From positions 2,542,001 to 2,606,000 of the forward strand of contig OZ176058.1 in assembly GCA_964247055.1 (NCBI GenBank): a stretch of 64,000 nucleotides of DNA, written 5' to 3'. The translations under genes were made by a program, and so were the position numbers. Below, piece after piece: positions 14,010 to 26,000 of this stretch (position 1 is the first letter of the stretch; each line of letters begins with the position of its first letter). The DNA is from Paragordius varius (taxonomy: Eukaryota > Animalia > Nematomorpha). The notes under the pieces were generated by a model that searched no databases, had not been told where the DNA came from, and saw nothing but the letters and a program-made list of their open reading frames with translations.

Positions 14010-15019
14010 CTTTGCCATTTTTAACAATGAGTTTGAATTTAAAAAATCAGTATATAAAACTTATCATTGTCTTTTAGAAAAATTTTTGTATTTATAATTT
14101 TACGTTTTGCCGTATAATTTCAGTTTTTACTGTAAATATCAGGTCGTTGCCTTTTGCCCCCAAATATATTTGTTATAATATGCGATGTGCGCTAATCTTG
14201 CGACTTTTCGATACTTTATAATGGACACTTTATATATATATATATATATATACCTTATTTATTCCTTTTAAATAATCAATATACACTGCTTTCGAAGGTA
14301 AAAATAATCCTGGGTTTTTTAATGTGAAACATTTTACACTCTTTAGATTCTGACTCTTAAGAGTTTTTTTATGAGGAAGTTATTTATATAATAACTTCTC
14401 TATATCAGATAATCGCAAAATTTGCGCACATTTTGTTATATATAATTTTTTTAGCGAGAGCTAAAAGTTATATTTCAAAATATATCAGATAGATATATCA
14501 TTACTTATAAAAAGCACAACAACAATTTTGTAAAATAATAATTTTTATGTTGGGCGCTAAAAGTGCCAAAATGTTATAATTCTGAAATGAGCTTAATGTT
14601 CAGCATCATCGATATATTGAAAAAGAATTTTTACAATATTTTAAAGCGTTTTTAAACCGTTTCTACAAGGTCTCAAAAAAATATAAAGTACGCTTTAAAA
14701 TTTGCAAATTAAATTTTTGCAAAAAGTAGCATTATTTGAAAATATTTTTAGTTGATATCAAAATTTAGCATTGTTATAGTGGTAACTGGGCTAATTTGAA
14801 TGAATAATATATTATACTATTAGATTAACAGCACAAACAACATTCATAATATATTAATAGATTAGCCTCTAACTTATGTTTGTAGTATTATTATATTTAT
14901 TAGATTAACCTCACCAACACGTTTTACTATTATTATTATATTATGAATAAATTGTAGAAAGGCAATCATTTGACGTTGATATTTGTGAATACAATTAAAC
15001 ATGATTATATTATATATTA

Positions 15020-17423
15020 CAGGGCTTCTTAAACTATGGGTCGCGACCCCATTTGGGGTCGCGTAGCAAGATTATGAGGTCGCGAGTGATAAAATTAAAA
15101 TTTAACAAAAAATGTTTTTAACTTGTAAAATCTAAATGGAAAATGCGGCTTTGTGATTTGTATCCGGAAAACCGGTAAACCCATTCAAATCCAAATGTTG
15201 AAATAATATAATCATTAATGACTGCCCCGACAATATCTTCGCACTTTTTTGAATTAGGCCCCCAGTTCGCGCTTTCCCCGTGTAAAAAACGGTTTTTTTT
15301 TGAAAACACAAGTCCACAAAAATCGTGTCTTTGAGACAATTTTCCGGATAACGTGTTGGACCATTCGATTTCAAATATAATTTTTTTACTTATTTTCAAT
15401 TGCGCCGAACATAGTCGTCTCGCTTTTAATTTAAGCCCTCTTTTTACCAGCTCCCCCGTAAAACGCCATTTTTTCAAAAAAATTACGCAAAAATAATTTT
15501 TTGAATCCATTTTTCGTCCAAGGTATGAGACCCTAAAAATTCAATAAGGATTCCAGGTATTCCCTGTTAAAAGGCAAATATTTTAGTCGGTTTTTTTATT
15601 TTGGCTGCTGGGTAAGGAGATAATCGCTAAAAACTGCCCCGTCATATGGAATAGCGTGCCTTTGGGGCTATATTTCAAAAATCCTATCAGCCATATGAGT
15701 TCACTAGGTGCCTTAAATATTACCCATAACAAGGCAAAAATTTAGGTCGTACGATATTTAAAATTTGCCGTTAATTAGGCCCTCCACGCCCTTTAAAATA
15801 CGCCACTATAGAATGATTTTTTAGTATTATAGCAATTTTTCCAAAAACTAATGAGAGCATATGGAATCAATAATGATTCCAAGTTTTCTCCGTAAAAAGG
15901 CAACAATTTTAATCAAGCGCTTTTTTGTATCAGCCTTTGGGTAAGGAACTACCCGCCTAAAACTGCGCCACCATATCGAAATTGCGTTGTTTAGCAGTTA
16001 ATTTTCAAGGAACTTATCTGGCCACATAAGTTTAATATAGGCCTGAAATATTACCCGTAAAAAAACAAATAGTTAAGTCGAGTGGTTTTTATATTAGCCG
16101 TTAATTAGGCCCTTTACGCTCTAAAAAATGCGCTATCATTGAACTATTATTTAGTTTTGAAGCCATTCCAAAAACTATTAATAAAATAAGGAATGAATGA
16201 TGATTCCAGTTACCCTATAAATGTAAATTTTTTTACAAACGTCTTTTTTATATTGGCCTCTAAGTAGGGGGCCACCCACCAAATGCGCCACCATATCGAT
16301 GCAGCGTGACTTTAGAGGCAAATTTTAGATAACTTATCAGGCCATATGAGTTCAATAAGGCTTGAAATATTACCCTAAAAAGGAAAAAATTTGAGTAGAG
16401 CGGTTTTATTAATTACCCCTTAATTAAGCCCTTGCCCTGAAAAAGGCGTCACCATTGAATGCCTTTTTGGTTTTGAAGCACAACTAGATCCTATGGAATC
16501 AATCATGATTCCAGGTATTACCCAAATTAATTCAAAAAACTTAATCGAGCGTTTTTTTGTTTCCCCCCTAGCTACAGCCTACCCGCGTAAAACTGCGTCA
16601 CCATCTCGATACAGCATGCCTTTGGAGCCAAATTTCAGAAAATCTATGAGTCTAATAGGAACAAGGGATTTTATGATAATTTCAAATATTCCCCATATGA
16701 GGGCAAAAATTTTAATAAGCGCTTGTTTATACCTGCCCTAGGTTAGGAGCTACCCGCAAAAAACTGCGTCATATTATAGAAATTGCTTTGTTTTGGAGCT
16801 AATTTACAGAAAATTTATGAGACCATATGAGCTCATTAAAAGCTTGAAATATTATCCGAACTAAATAAAAAATCAGGCGTTTTTTATTAGCCGTTAATTT
16901 GGGGCCTTTATGCCCAAAAATACGCCATCATATAACAATAATTTAGTGTCGATGTATTTTTTCGAAAACCCATGAGACCATGGTATCAAAAATGATTCCG
17001 AATATTTGCCCTATACAGGCAAAAAATTTAACGTCCTTTTTCCATATAAGTCTATGGGTAGGGGTCTACCGGTTTTAAACTGAGAGGCCATACAAAAATG
17101 GCGGGGTTTTGGAGCTAATTTTCAAAAAAATTAAGAAACCATACGAATTCAGTTAAACACATTTCTGGGGAATTTGTATAATATCATTCTTTTCTTAAAA
17201 AAGGGACCACCGATCATTATAATATCTATAAATTTACTATGAATCAGATGATGTTGTAGAAATTTATAAACGAATTAGATTTATTTTTGTCAATTTTTTA
17301 AAACCGAAATAATCCTAATAAATATTATCAACAAAATTTCTAAGAGTTTTTCGAATTGTTGAGGTCGTTAAGAAACTCGCTTCATAAATGGGGCCGGGAA
17401 TCACAAAAGTTTAAGAAGCCCTG
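15020..17423. mobile_element. Non-autonomous hAT element inserted in the (TA)n tract of the copy B 5' LTR
   Basis: Perfect 15-bp TIR CAGGGCTTCTTAAAC / GTTTAAGAAGCCCTG; subterminal GGGTCGCGACCC motifs; 8-bp TSD atatatta/atatatat (6/8 match). LTR sequence resumes immediately after the element. Confidence 0.88.
15500..17160. repeat. Diverged tandem array of ~165-bp monomers in ~320-330-bp dimers, inside the hAT element
   Basis: The motif aactgcg(c/t)caccatat recurs at ~15632, 15961, 16282, 16591 and 16763. The motif ttaattaggccc recurs at ~15771, 16101, 16421 and 16895. atgattcc..tatt(a)ccc motifs recur at about half-period. Confidence 0.75.
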
Positions 17424-20400
17424 ATATATATAGATAGATTATATAACGAGGAACATATACCATAAATTAATCATATTTTTACCGTGTCTGACGTTACTTG
17501 TGGTCCCATCTGAAATTGGTAGCCAAGATGCAATGACAGACCAACCAATGATAGCAGCTCCTCACGCTAGCATTGCCAATCTATCCATAGAAAATTACAA
17601 TGATAATAATAAATTCGAAGATTACCTCAGGATATTAGCAACTTAATTTAGGACCGAAAAAACGCTTAAAACAACTATACTAGCATATGGCGGATTCATG
17701 ATAGTGAGAAAGGTTCCCCAAGAAAAAGCCACTACGTGGGCTGTAATTTCGGAAACGGAAAAAAAATATTTAACCCGACGAAATCGAAATTCCAAAGCGG
17801 GTTAGAATTTTTTAGGCTGGTACGAAACGATGGTGAAAGTTTCACGCGATTCCTTAAACGTGTCAAGATAGGCGCAGAAGAAGCCCAATTCACTGAAGCC
17901 ATAGAACAGCGTATACGTGATGCGTTCATAATAGGACTGCGACAACCTCAACTAGAGATGGATATCCATTCCAGGTACCCAGATGCTTTGATAAACGGTA
18001 TTCCTGTCCCATTAGAAACAATCGTAGATCTCGCACTAATGAGGCTGCTAGGGCTGGATTACAGAATAACAATAATAGTAATAACAATAGCAAGCGATAT
18101 AGTAACAGCAATAATAATATCAATCGGTTAAAACCCAATAAACCCTATCGACAAACTATAAAATCATCTACTACATGCAAACATTGCGGCACCACACACC
18201 CACCCAACAAGTGTCCAGCCTGGAGACGATCCTGCAACAAATGCGGAAAGCTGAATTGCTAGGATGTGCATAGCCAAGAGACAAAGACCTAACTTCAATA
18301 GGCAACTATTGAAGATGTCAAAGTAGGTCGAAATGCGCAAATACCCTTACTAATAACATTAATAATAAACGGTTAAAAAAAGACTTTATTTATGATACCG
18401 GTTCTGATATCAGTGTAATAAACTTTACAACGTAGGAACAAATTGGCAAACCCAAACTAAGACCGACACCACCAGTATCATACAATAACACGACAGTGCC
18501 AATGATGGGGACAGCAAGCGTCAACGTCCAGGTAAAAGGCAAACAAATGATCGGGGACATATGTGTCCTGAGCAAAATGATGGGGATGGCACTACTGATC
18601 TGTGGACTAGACTGGATGGCTAAATTCTAGATTGAGATGCCACAGGTTAAAATTAATTATCTTAAATTAAATGAGATTTGCGAAAATTTTAAAAACTAAT
18701 TCGAAAATAAGTTAGGGTGTTATAAAGACCCTGTAAAAATTCGCATTGCATCGAATGCGATCCCGAAAGTATGGCCATGTCGCAGGGTGCCTTTTCCATA
18801 AAGAGAAAAGGTGGAGAAAGAGCTGACGAGGCTAAAAAAGTCAGGCGGTTGATCCTAACATTACACCTGTGACATAAACCACGCCTACGGTTAATATACC
18901 TAAACCGAATGGCGAATTAAGATATGCAGTGTTTTCGGGTAACGATTAATAAGTGGTTGCAAGAAGACTCTCATATAATCCCCACGTTTGATGAGTTGGT
19001 GTCGAAAATAGGCGAAGGTCTCACATTCACAAAAATTTAAAAGATGCTTACCTCCAGATGCCAGTGGTTGAGGAGGGTCAAAAATTGTTAACAATATCAA
19101 CACAACGCACGTTTGGACTGGCCACGGCACCCATCATCTTTCAACGGGTGATGGAACAGGTGCTGGCTAAATGCCCTGGAACTTGCGTATATTTAGATGA
19201 CGTCCTAGTGACTGGTAGGACAGAAAATGAGCACGTTAACAATTTAAATAACGTATTAAGTCGTCACGATAAGGCCGAATCTAAATTACAAGATAAAATA
19301 ATGATAGGTGCAGAATCAGTAAACAATTTAGGGTTTGAAATATCGAAAAAGTAATAAATATGTAAAAGCAAAATCAAGGCAATTAAGGAAAAGGGTAGAT
19401 AAAAAGTCTTACGTAGTTTTTTAAGTTTTTCGACCTTTCATGAACGCTTTGTACCAAAATTACAAATGATAGTCGGTCCCTTACATGAATTAACTAGTAA
19501 AAATACGAGAGGGTCTTGGACCGATAAAAATGAGAAAAGCTGTTTATCAGCTAAGAATTTGTTAAGCGAAATAGTGTTTTTAACACCATATAATCTGAAT
19601 AGAAAATTGATAATAGAAACTGATGCGTCAGATTTAGGATTCGGGTGTATTTTAAGTCATGAGGTTAATAGCGAAAGAATACCGATAGCGTATGCCTCAC
19701 AAAAGTGTAGCAACGCCGAAAGGAATTATTCCACTATCGAGAAGGAATTAAAAGCAATATTGTTTGCGTTAAGAAAGTTTCATAGTTTCGTATATGGTAG
19801 AAAATTTATAATATTAACTGACCATTTACCCTTAGTAAAGGTAATAAATAGAGATCGAAATTTAAAAGAAATACATAATGCTAAAGTACTAAAATGGATT
19901 AGTATGATAAATGAATACGACTTTGAAAGTCAAAAGGGGGCTCAAAATATAGCTGATTATTTATCGAGATGGCCGATTGACGAGATCGTTGCATATGATG
20001 AAGATTATGCGGTTACCAGATATCTGAGATTTTTGAATTGTCATAACGTGCGGTTATGCAGAGATGAAATTCAAAAAGAAACCGCATTAGATTCAGTATT
20101 ACAAAAAGTAATTAAAGCGTTAAACAACCATGACTGGAGTTCTCCATAACAAGTTTATTAACCGTAAAGACGAGTTGGCATATCAATATGGCTTATTAAG
20201 TTTAAATGATCGGATTATAATTCCGAAGCCCCTCCAAAAAGAGGTGGTGAGATACACAGCGGTCATAACAACGCAAAGACCATGTAAGCGATGGCCAGAT
20301 TTACGCGTTCTTAGCCAGAATTAGATAATGACCTGGTAAAAGCCAGTAGTCAGTGCGAATCGTGCCAACGTAGTAGCCCAAATGTTATTCAGAATTCCAC

Positions 20401-21540
20401 GTATCAGTGGGATTATAACGTTGCTGTGTGGGAGCGTTTGCATATTGATGTAGCCGGACCGGGAGACGGTTATTATTGGTTGTTGATGATTGATAGTACC
20501 TCTAAATGGGCAGAAGGGTTTATTTTGAAAAGGTAACCGCAGCGAATATAATCCATAAAGTAGAAAAAACGTTTGCAAGGTTTGGCTTTGCAAGGGAGAT
20601 CGTTAGCGATAACGCTTTGTATTTTAGTAATGAGCACTTCACGTCAAACCTTAAGTACGTTAGGGGTCAAACATATGAAGGTTACCCCCTCCGTCCTAAG
20701 AATAATGGGAGGGTAGAAAGGTTAGTAGTTGAAAAATAAATAAAAAAGAATAAAAAATAATGCGATATCCACCCACGAAGCGTTTTACACTAGCCTATGG
20801 GCGTATAGAAACTCTATACACTCGACAGCTAAAGAAACCCCGGCCCAATTAATGTTCAAGCGAACACCCTATACCCCCTTAACCTGGCTAAATAGTAGGG
20901 CAAGATTGTAAGATGCACCGACACCCCGACGTCAATTTGCCATTAATGACCAGGTAATGATTAAAAAGGAACTATGTCCAAGGTGGTGCCCTGGAGACAG
21001 GTATACAAGGTATGGGACAAAGACCGGAAAAAATTCCTGAGGAAACACGCCGATCAAATAGTTCACCAGCCACAACCACAAACTACCACTTTCAGCAACA
21101 CAAATGATGAGGACGTAACCACGGTCAAAGATGATGTAACGATTGCCAAACCTCAACCAAACAGCTCGATCAATCCAAGTGACGAAACCGAGCCGATTAT
21201 CCCGAGAGCCGCAAGTCTAAAAAATAATAATGCTCAGGAATTTGCGAAAACCAGCTCCCCCACAAAAATACAAGAACGACGGTACCCGACAAGAAGTCGT
21301 CAGAAACCCGCCCACTTTCGTTAGAAGGGGGTAGTGATGTTATAGTGGTAACTGATAGGCTAATTTGAACACAAACAACATTCATAATATATTAATAGAT
21401 TAACCTCGTAACTTATATTTGTAGTATTATTATATTATTAGATTATACTCACCACCACGTTTAATTATTATTATACTTTGAATAAATTGTAGAAAGGCAA
21501 GCAATTCACCTTGATATTTGTGAATACATTTATACCTGAT

Positions 21541-21544
<4 letters not shown>

Positions 21545-21587
<43 letters not shown>
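21545..21587. repeat. (TA)n microsatellite within an LTR; further (TA)n tracts at ~4079, 9266, 12746, 34046, 40450, 40744, 49050 and 53072
   Basis: Read directly from the sequence. Confidence 0.95.
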
Positions 21588-21589
<2 letters not shown>

Positions 21590-22129
21590 TCATTATATAA
21601 CAACCAACATATACAATAAATTAATCCTTTTTTTTACCGTATTTGACGTTACTTATGGTCCCCTCTAAAAAGCATATATTTAAAATTATCACGCAAGCTC
21701 TGCATTTTTGCTTTTTATTAAAGAAAACAAGCCGGAGCAAAAAATTGGGATTTTCGGGGCCCAATTTAAATATTAAAATTTTATAATTTTGTTGTGTTTT
21801 TATATGTAGTTTAAGAATCTTAGCGATATAATTTGGAATAGAAAATTTAGCCCTTCACCAAAATATTTTTTCTGATATGGAGCTGTTACTGAAGTGGGAA
21901 TACCTTTCTTAAACACATTTTAGTGTCAAAAGCATGACAATCTCAATTCATTGTTTTATTAGAATATATAAATTTAGGATGTTTTTTATCGTGCGATTTC
22001 GAAAGCATTTGTATATTGTACAGTCGATATATTTTTAGTGCTCTGAAAACCCGACAAAATGTATCATTTATTTGGTAAAGTATCGAATATTTCCAATAAA
22101 TATTGAATTATATATATCTTTTACTGGGT

Positions 22130-23090
22130 TAACTAAGTACAAAAACCTTAATTTGGTGCTGACCTCATTTCTTGTCTAACACAAATTTACAAAGATTAAT
22201 AACTTGAGTTCGCCAGAAACAAACGCCTTATAACTTCAGTAATAATTTTTGTATTTTGTGCCTGAAAAAGATTTGCAGCACGCCAATCATAAAAAGACTT
22301 ATTAAATTTAGCTACCAAATAAATATGGTGATCATGCTTTATTGTGAACATAGTTTCGAAATATTAAAAATATTTGATGTAAAAGAGTGTGGGCGCATTG
22401 GTAGACCACGTATTTGTGAAGACGCTAAAAGGTGAGAAGCACCAATAAACTCGCTAATATTACCCGTTTTAAATTGAAAACCGCAATACTAGAAAAATCC
22501 TGCTTAACAAAAGCATATCTTTAATCGAATTGGGTCGGATGATGAAAAATGGCTTTATTAAGTCCAAGTTAAAAATTATGATCATCAGTCTGGCCAGTCC
22601 ATTAACACCCCGACCAAATCGCTTTGGTAAGCAGACCACGCTTTGTGTTTGGTAGGATAGAGCGGTATTGTACATATGATTTTGAAAGTACCATTTATCT
22701 GCAACGTTATCACTAACAAATGCTTAATTTGAATCAAGCATTAAAAGAAAAAGGACCAGAATCTGCCAGGACACATTGTAAAGTGAGATTGATATGTGAC
22801 ACAATACTCCGTCTCACACGGCAAAATTAGTGTGAAAGATACTTTGATTGCTTCGATGGCATATTAATTTGCATCCGCTGAAATCTCCTGACCTGAGCCA
22901 TCTGGCCAATACCACTTTGCATCAATGGGACACTCACACAGCAGCACTTCAATAATTTTGAAAACTTTAATAGCTTGATGAATGATTTTCCACAAAAGGC
23001 AAACAGTTTTTTTAAGAGATGTGTGAAATGTGTGGAAACCGATATACAATATAATGAATAAAATAAATAATTTTAAAATTACATGTTATT
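22130..23090 (+). mobile_element. Mariner (mauritiana/Mos1-like) remnant, duplicate of 13376-14009, continuing to the transposase C-terminus
   Basis: Homologous to 13400-14009. It continues with SPDL..S...FASMGH..QHFNNFE and KCVETD..Y..*, matching the mariner YSPDL-to-C-terminus region; degenerate. Confidence 0.8.
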
Positions 23091-23093
23091 TTA

Positions 23094-26000
23094 CAGGGCT
23101 CTAAACCAGTCCGAATTAAGGTGGATTCTGAAATTAACCGGACTGGGTGAAGCCTAAACAGTAGAATTGGAGCTGGTTAGTTCCTTAAAATTAAACGTTG
23201 AACCGTTTAATTTCTGTTCATGACTTTTTTTAACTGATTTCAATACAACATTTTATAATACAAACCGAAATATCACCAATTTTATATCAAAACATAATTT
23301 ATCAGAAAGATTAAATAGCCAAATGTATAGGTACAAAGGTAGTAAGGAGTGTATTTGTATAAACTATTGCATATATGGAGGTATTTATTTAATATTAAAA
23401 GATGATTGCGCCAAGCTATCGGTCGTTATACTACTTCTCAGATCTAAAAATATGAAATTTAGTTTAAAAAGTTTTCTTTCTATGTTTGAGCCTTATGTAC
23501 CGCTAATGTAAGTTAGTTACATGGTAAAATTTTAATATATTTGTGAAATCTGTGGATAAAAAAACTTAGGGAGCTCATGCGGCCCGTACGACGCGATTCG
23601 ATTACCGCTGATATATAGTGAGGCTGATTTTTTGCATTATGAGTTATTGACTAAGGATGCTATTATGGTCTGTTATAGTGGTAACTGACAGGCTAATTTG
23701 AATGAACCTTATATTATACTATTAGATTAACCACACAAACAAAATTCGTTATATATTAATAGATTAACCGTGTAACTTATGTTTGCAGTATTATTATATT
23801 TTAGATTAACCTCACCACCACGTTTGACTATTACTATTATACTATGAATTAATTGTATAAAAGCAAACATCTCACATTGATATATGTGACATTTATACCT
23901 AATTATATTAGATATAGATAGATCATTATATAACAACAAACATATAAACAATAAATTTATCCTTTTACCCTTATTGACGTTACTTGTGGTCTCCATTTAT
24001 TATTGGTGGCCAAGACGCCTCACGCTAGCCAGCCAATTTATCCATAAAAAAATACAATAATAATAGCAATCGACGATACAGCAACAGCAATAATAATATC
24101 AATCGGTTACATAATATAGCCTACGGACAAACAATAATAAAATCTACTACATGCAAACATTGCGGTTTCAATCACCCACCCAACAAGTGTCCAGCCTGGA
24201 GACGATCCTGCAACAAAGGTGTAAAGTGTGTTTAGCCAAGAGACAAAGACCTAACTTCAATAGGCAACTATTGAAGGAGGTCAAGGTAGGTCGAAATGCG
24301 CAAACACCCTTACTAATAACATTAATAATAAACGGTTTGAAAAAAAGACTTTATCTATGATACCGGTTCTGATATCAGTGTAATAAACTTTATAACGTAG
24401 GAACAAATTGGTAAACCCAAACTAAGACCGACACCACCAGTATCATACAATAACACGACAGTGCCAATGATGCAGCAAGCGTCAACGTCCAGGTAAAAGG
24501 CAAACAAATGATCGGGGACATATGTGTCCTGAACAAAACGATGGGGATGGCACCTCTGATCTGTGGACTAAACTGGATGGCTAAATTCTAGATTGAGACC
24601 ACAGGTTAAAATTAATTATCTTATATTAAATGAGATTTGCGAAAATTTTAAAAACTAATTCGAAAAGTTAGGGTGTTATAAAGACCCTGTAAAAAATTGC
24701 ATTGCATCGAATGCGATCCCGAAAGTATGGCCATGTCGCAGGGTGCCTTTTCCCTAAAGAGAAATGGTGGAGAAAGAGCTGACGAGGCTAGAAAAGATAG
24801 GCATCTTAAAACCGGTTGATCCTAACATTACACCTGTGACATGAACCATGCCTACGGTTAATATAAAACCGAATGGCGAATTAAGAATATGCAGTGTTCG
24901 GGTAACGATTAATAAGTGGTTGCAAGAAAGCTCTCATATAATCCCCACGATGAGTTGGTGTCGAAAATAGGCGAAGGTCTCACATTCACAAAAATTTAAA
25001 AGATGCTTACGTCCAGATGCCAGTAGCTGAGGAGGGTCAAAAATTGTTAAAAATATCAACACATAAAGGTTTTTTTAGATACAAACGCACGTTTGGACTG
25101 GCCACGGCACCTATCATTTTCCAACGGGTGATGGAACAGGTTCTGGCTGAAAGTCCGGGAACTTGCGTTTATTTAGATCAATTCTTAGTAACTGGTAGGA
25201 CGGAAAATGAGCACATGAACAATTTAAATACGTATTAAGTCGTCTCGATCCGGATTCGAATTAAGACAAGATGAAATAATGATAGGTGCAGAATCAGTAA
25301 ACTATATAGGGTTTGAAATATTGAAAAAGATTATAAGCCCATGTAAAAGCAATCAAGGCAAATAAGGAACTAAAAAGGCCGGTAGATAAAAAGTCATTAC
25401 GTAGTTTTTTAGGTTTTTTGACCTTTCGTGAACGCTTTATACCAAAATTACAAATGATAGTCGGTCCCTTACATAAATTAACTAGTAAAAATGCGAGATG
25501 GTCTTGGACCGAGAAACATGAAAAAAGCTGTTTAAGAATTTGTTAAGCGTAAAAGTGTTTTTAAGACCATATAATCTGAATAGGAAATTGATAATAGAAA
25601 CTCATGCGTCAGATTTAGTATTCAAGTGTATTTTAAGTTATGAGGTTAATAATGAAAGAATACCGATAGCGTATGCCCAAAAGTGGGCAACGCCGAAAGG
25701 AATTACAGTGAAGGAATTAAAAGCAATATTATTTGCGTTACGAAAGTTTCATAGTTTCTTATATGGTAGAAAATTTATAATATTAACTGACCATTTACCC
25801 TTAGTAAAAGTAATAAATACAGATCTAAATTTAAAAGAAATACATAATGCTAAAGTACTAAGATGGATTTATATAATAAATGAATACGATTTTGAAATAA
25901 GTCATCAAAAAGGGGTTTAAAATAGAGCTGATTATTTATCGCCGGCCGATTGACGAGATCGTTGCCTATGATGAAGATTATGCGGTTACCAAATATCTGA

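Larger units (their letters stand above)
14772..21670 (+). mobile_element. Ty3/Gypsy (Mag-like) LTR retrotransposon, copy B (segmental duplicate of A); 5' LTR interrupted by a hAT element
   Basis: 5' LTR 14772-17515 contains the 15020-17423 insert; 3' LTR is 21338-21670. TSD AGCAT and both flanks are the same as copy A. Gag ATG at 17533; knuckles CKHCGTTHPPNKCPAWRRSCNKCGK; RT/RNase H ORFs 19058-20149; integrase fragments to 21324; many frameshifts. Confidence 0.93.
8270..22770 (+). repeat. Tandem segmental duplication: unit 1 ~8270-14009, unit 2 ~14010-22770
   Basis: Left flank 8270-9024 matches 14010-14771; LTR element A matches B with the same TSD; right flank 12841-14009 matches 21671-22770. 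Confidence 0.9.

Noticed and set aside
15118-15510. ORFs 15118-15510, 15132-15374, 5189-5428 and 16493-16741 as a protein family
   Set aside because: Their similarity comes from the shared DNA repeat. There is no recognisable domain, the frames differ between copies, and no splice structure is evident.
17533-21324. Intact, active gag-pol
   Set aside because: All three copies have numerous stops, frameshifts and deletions.
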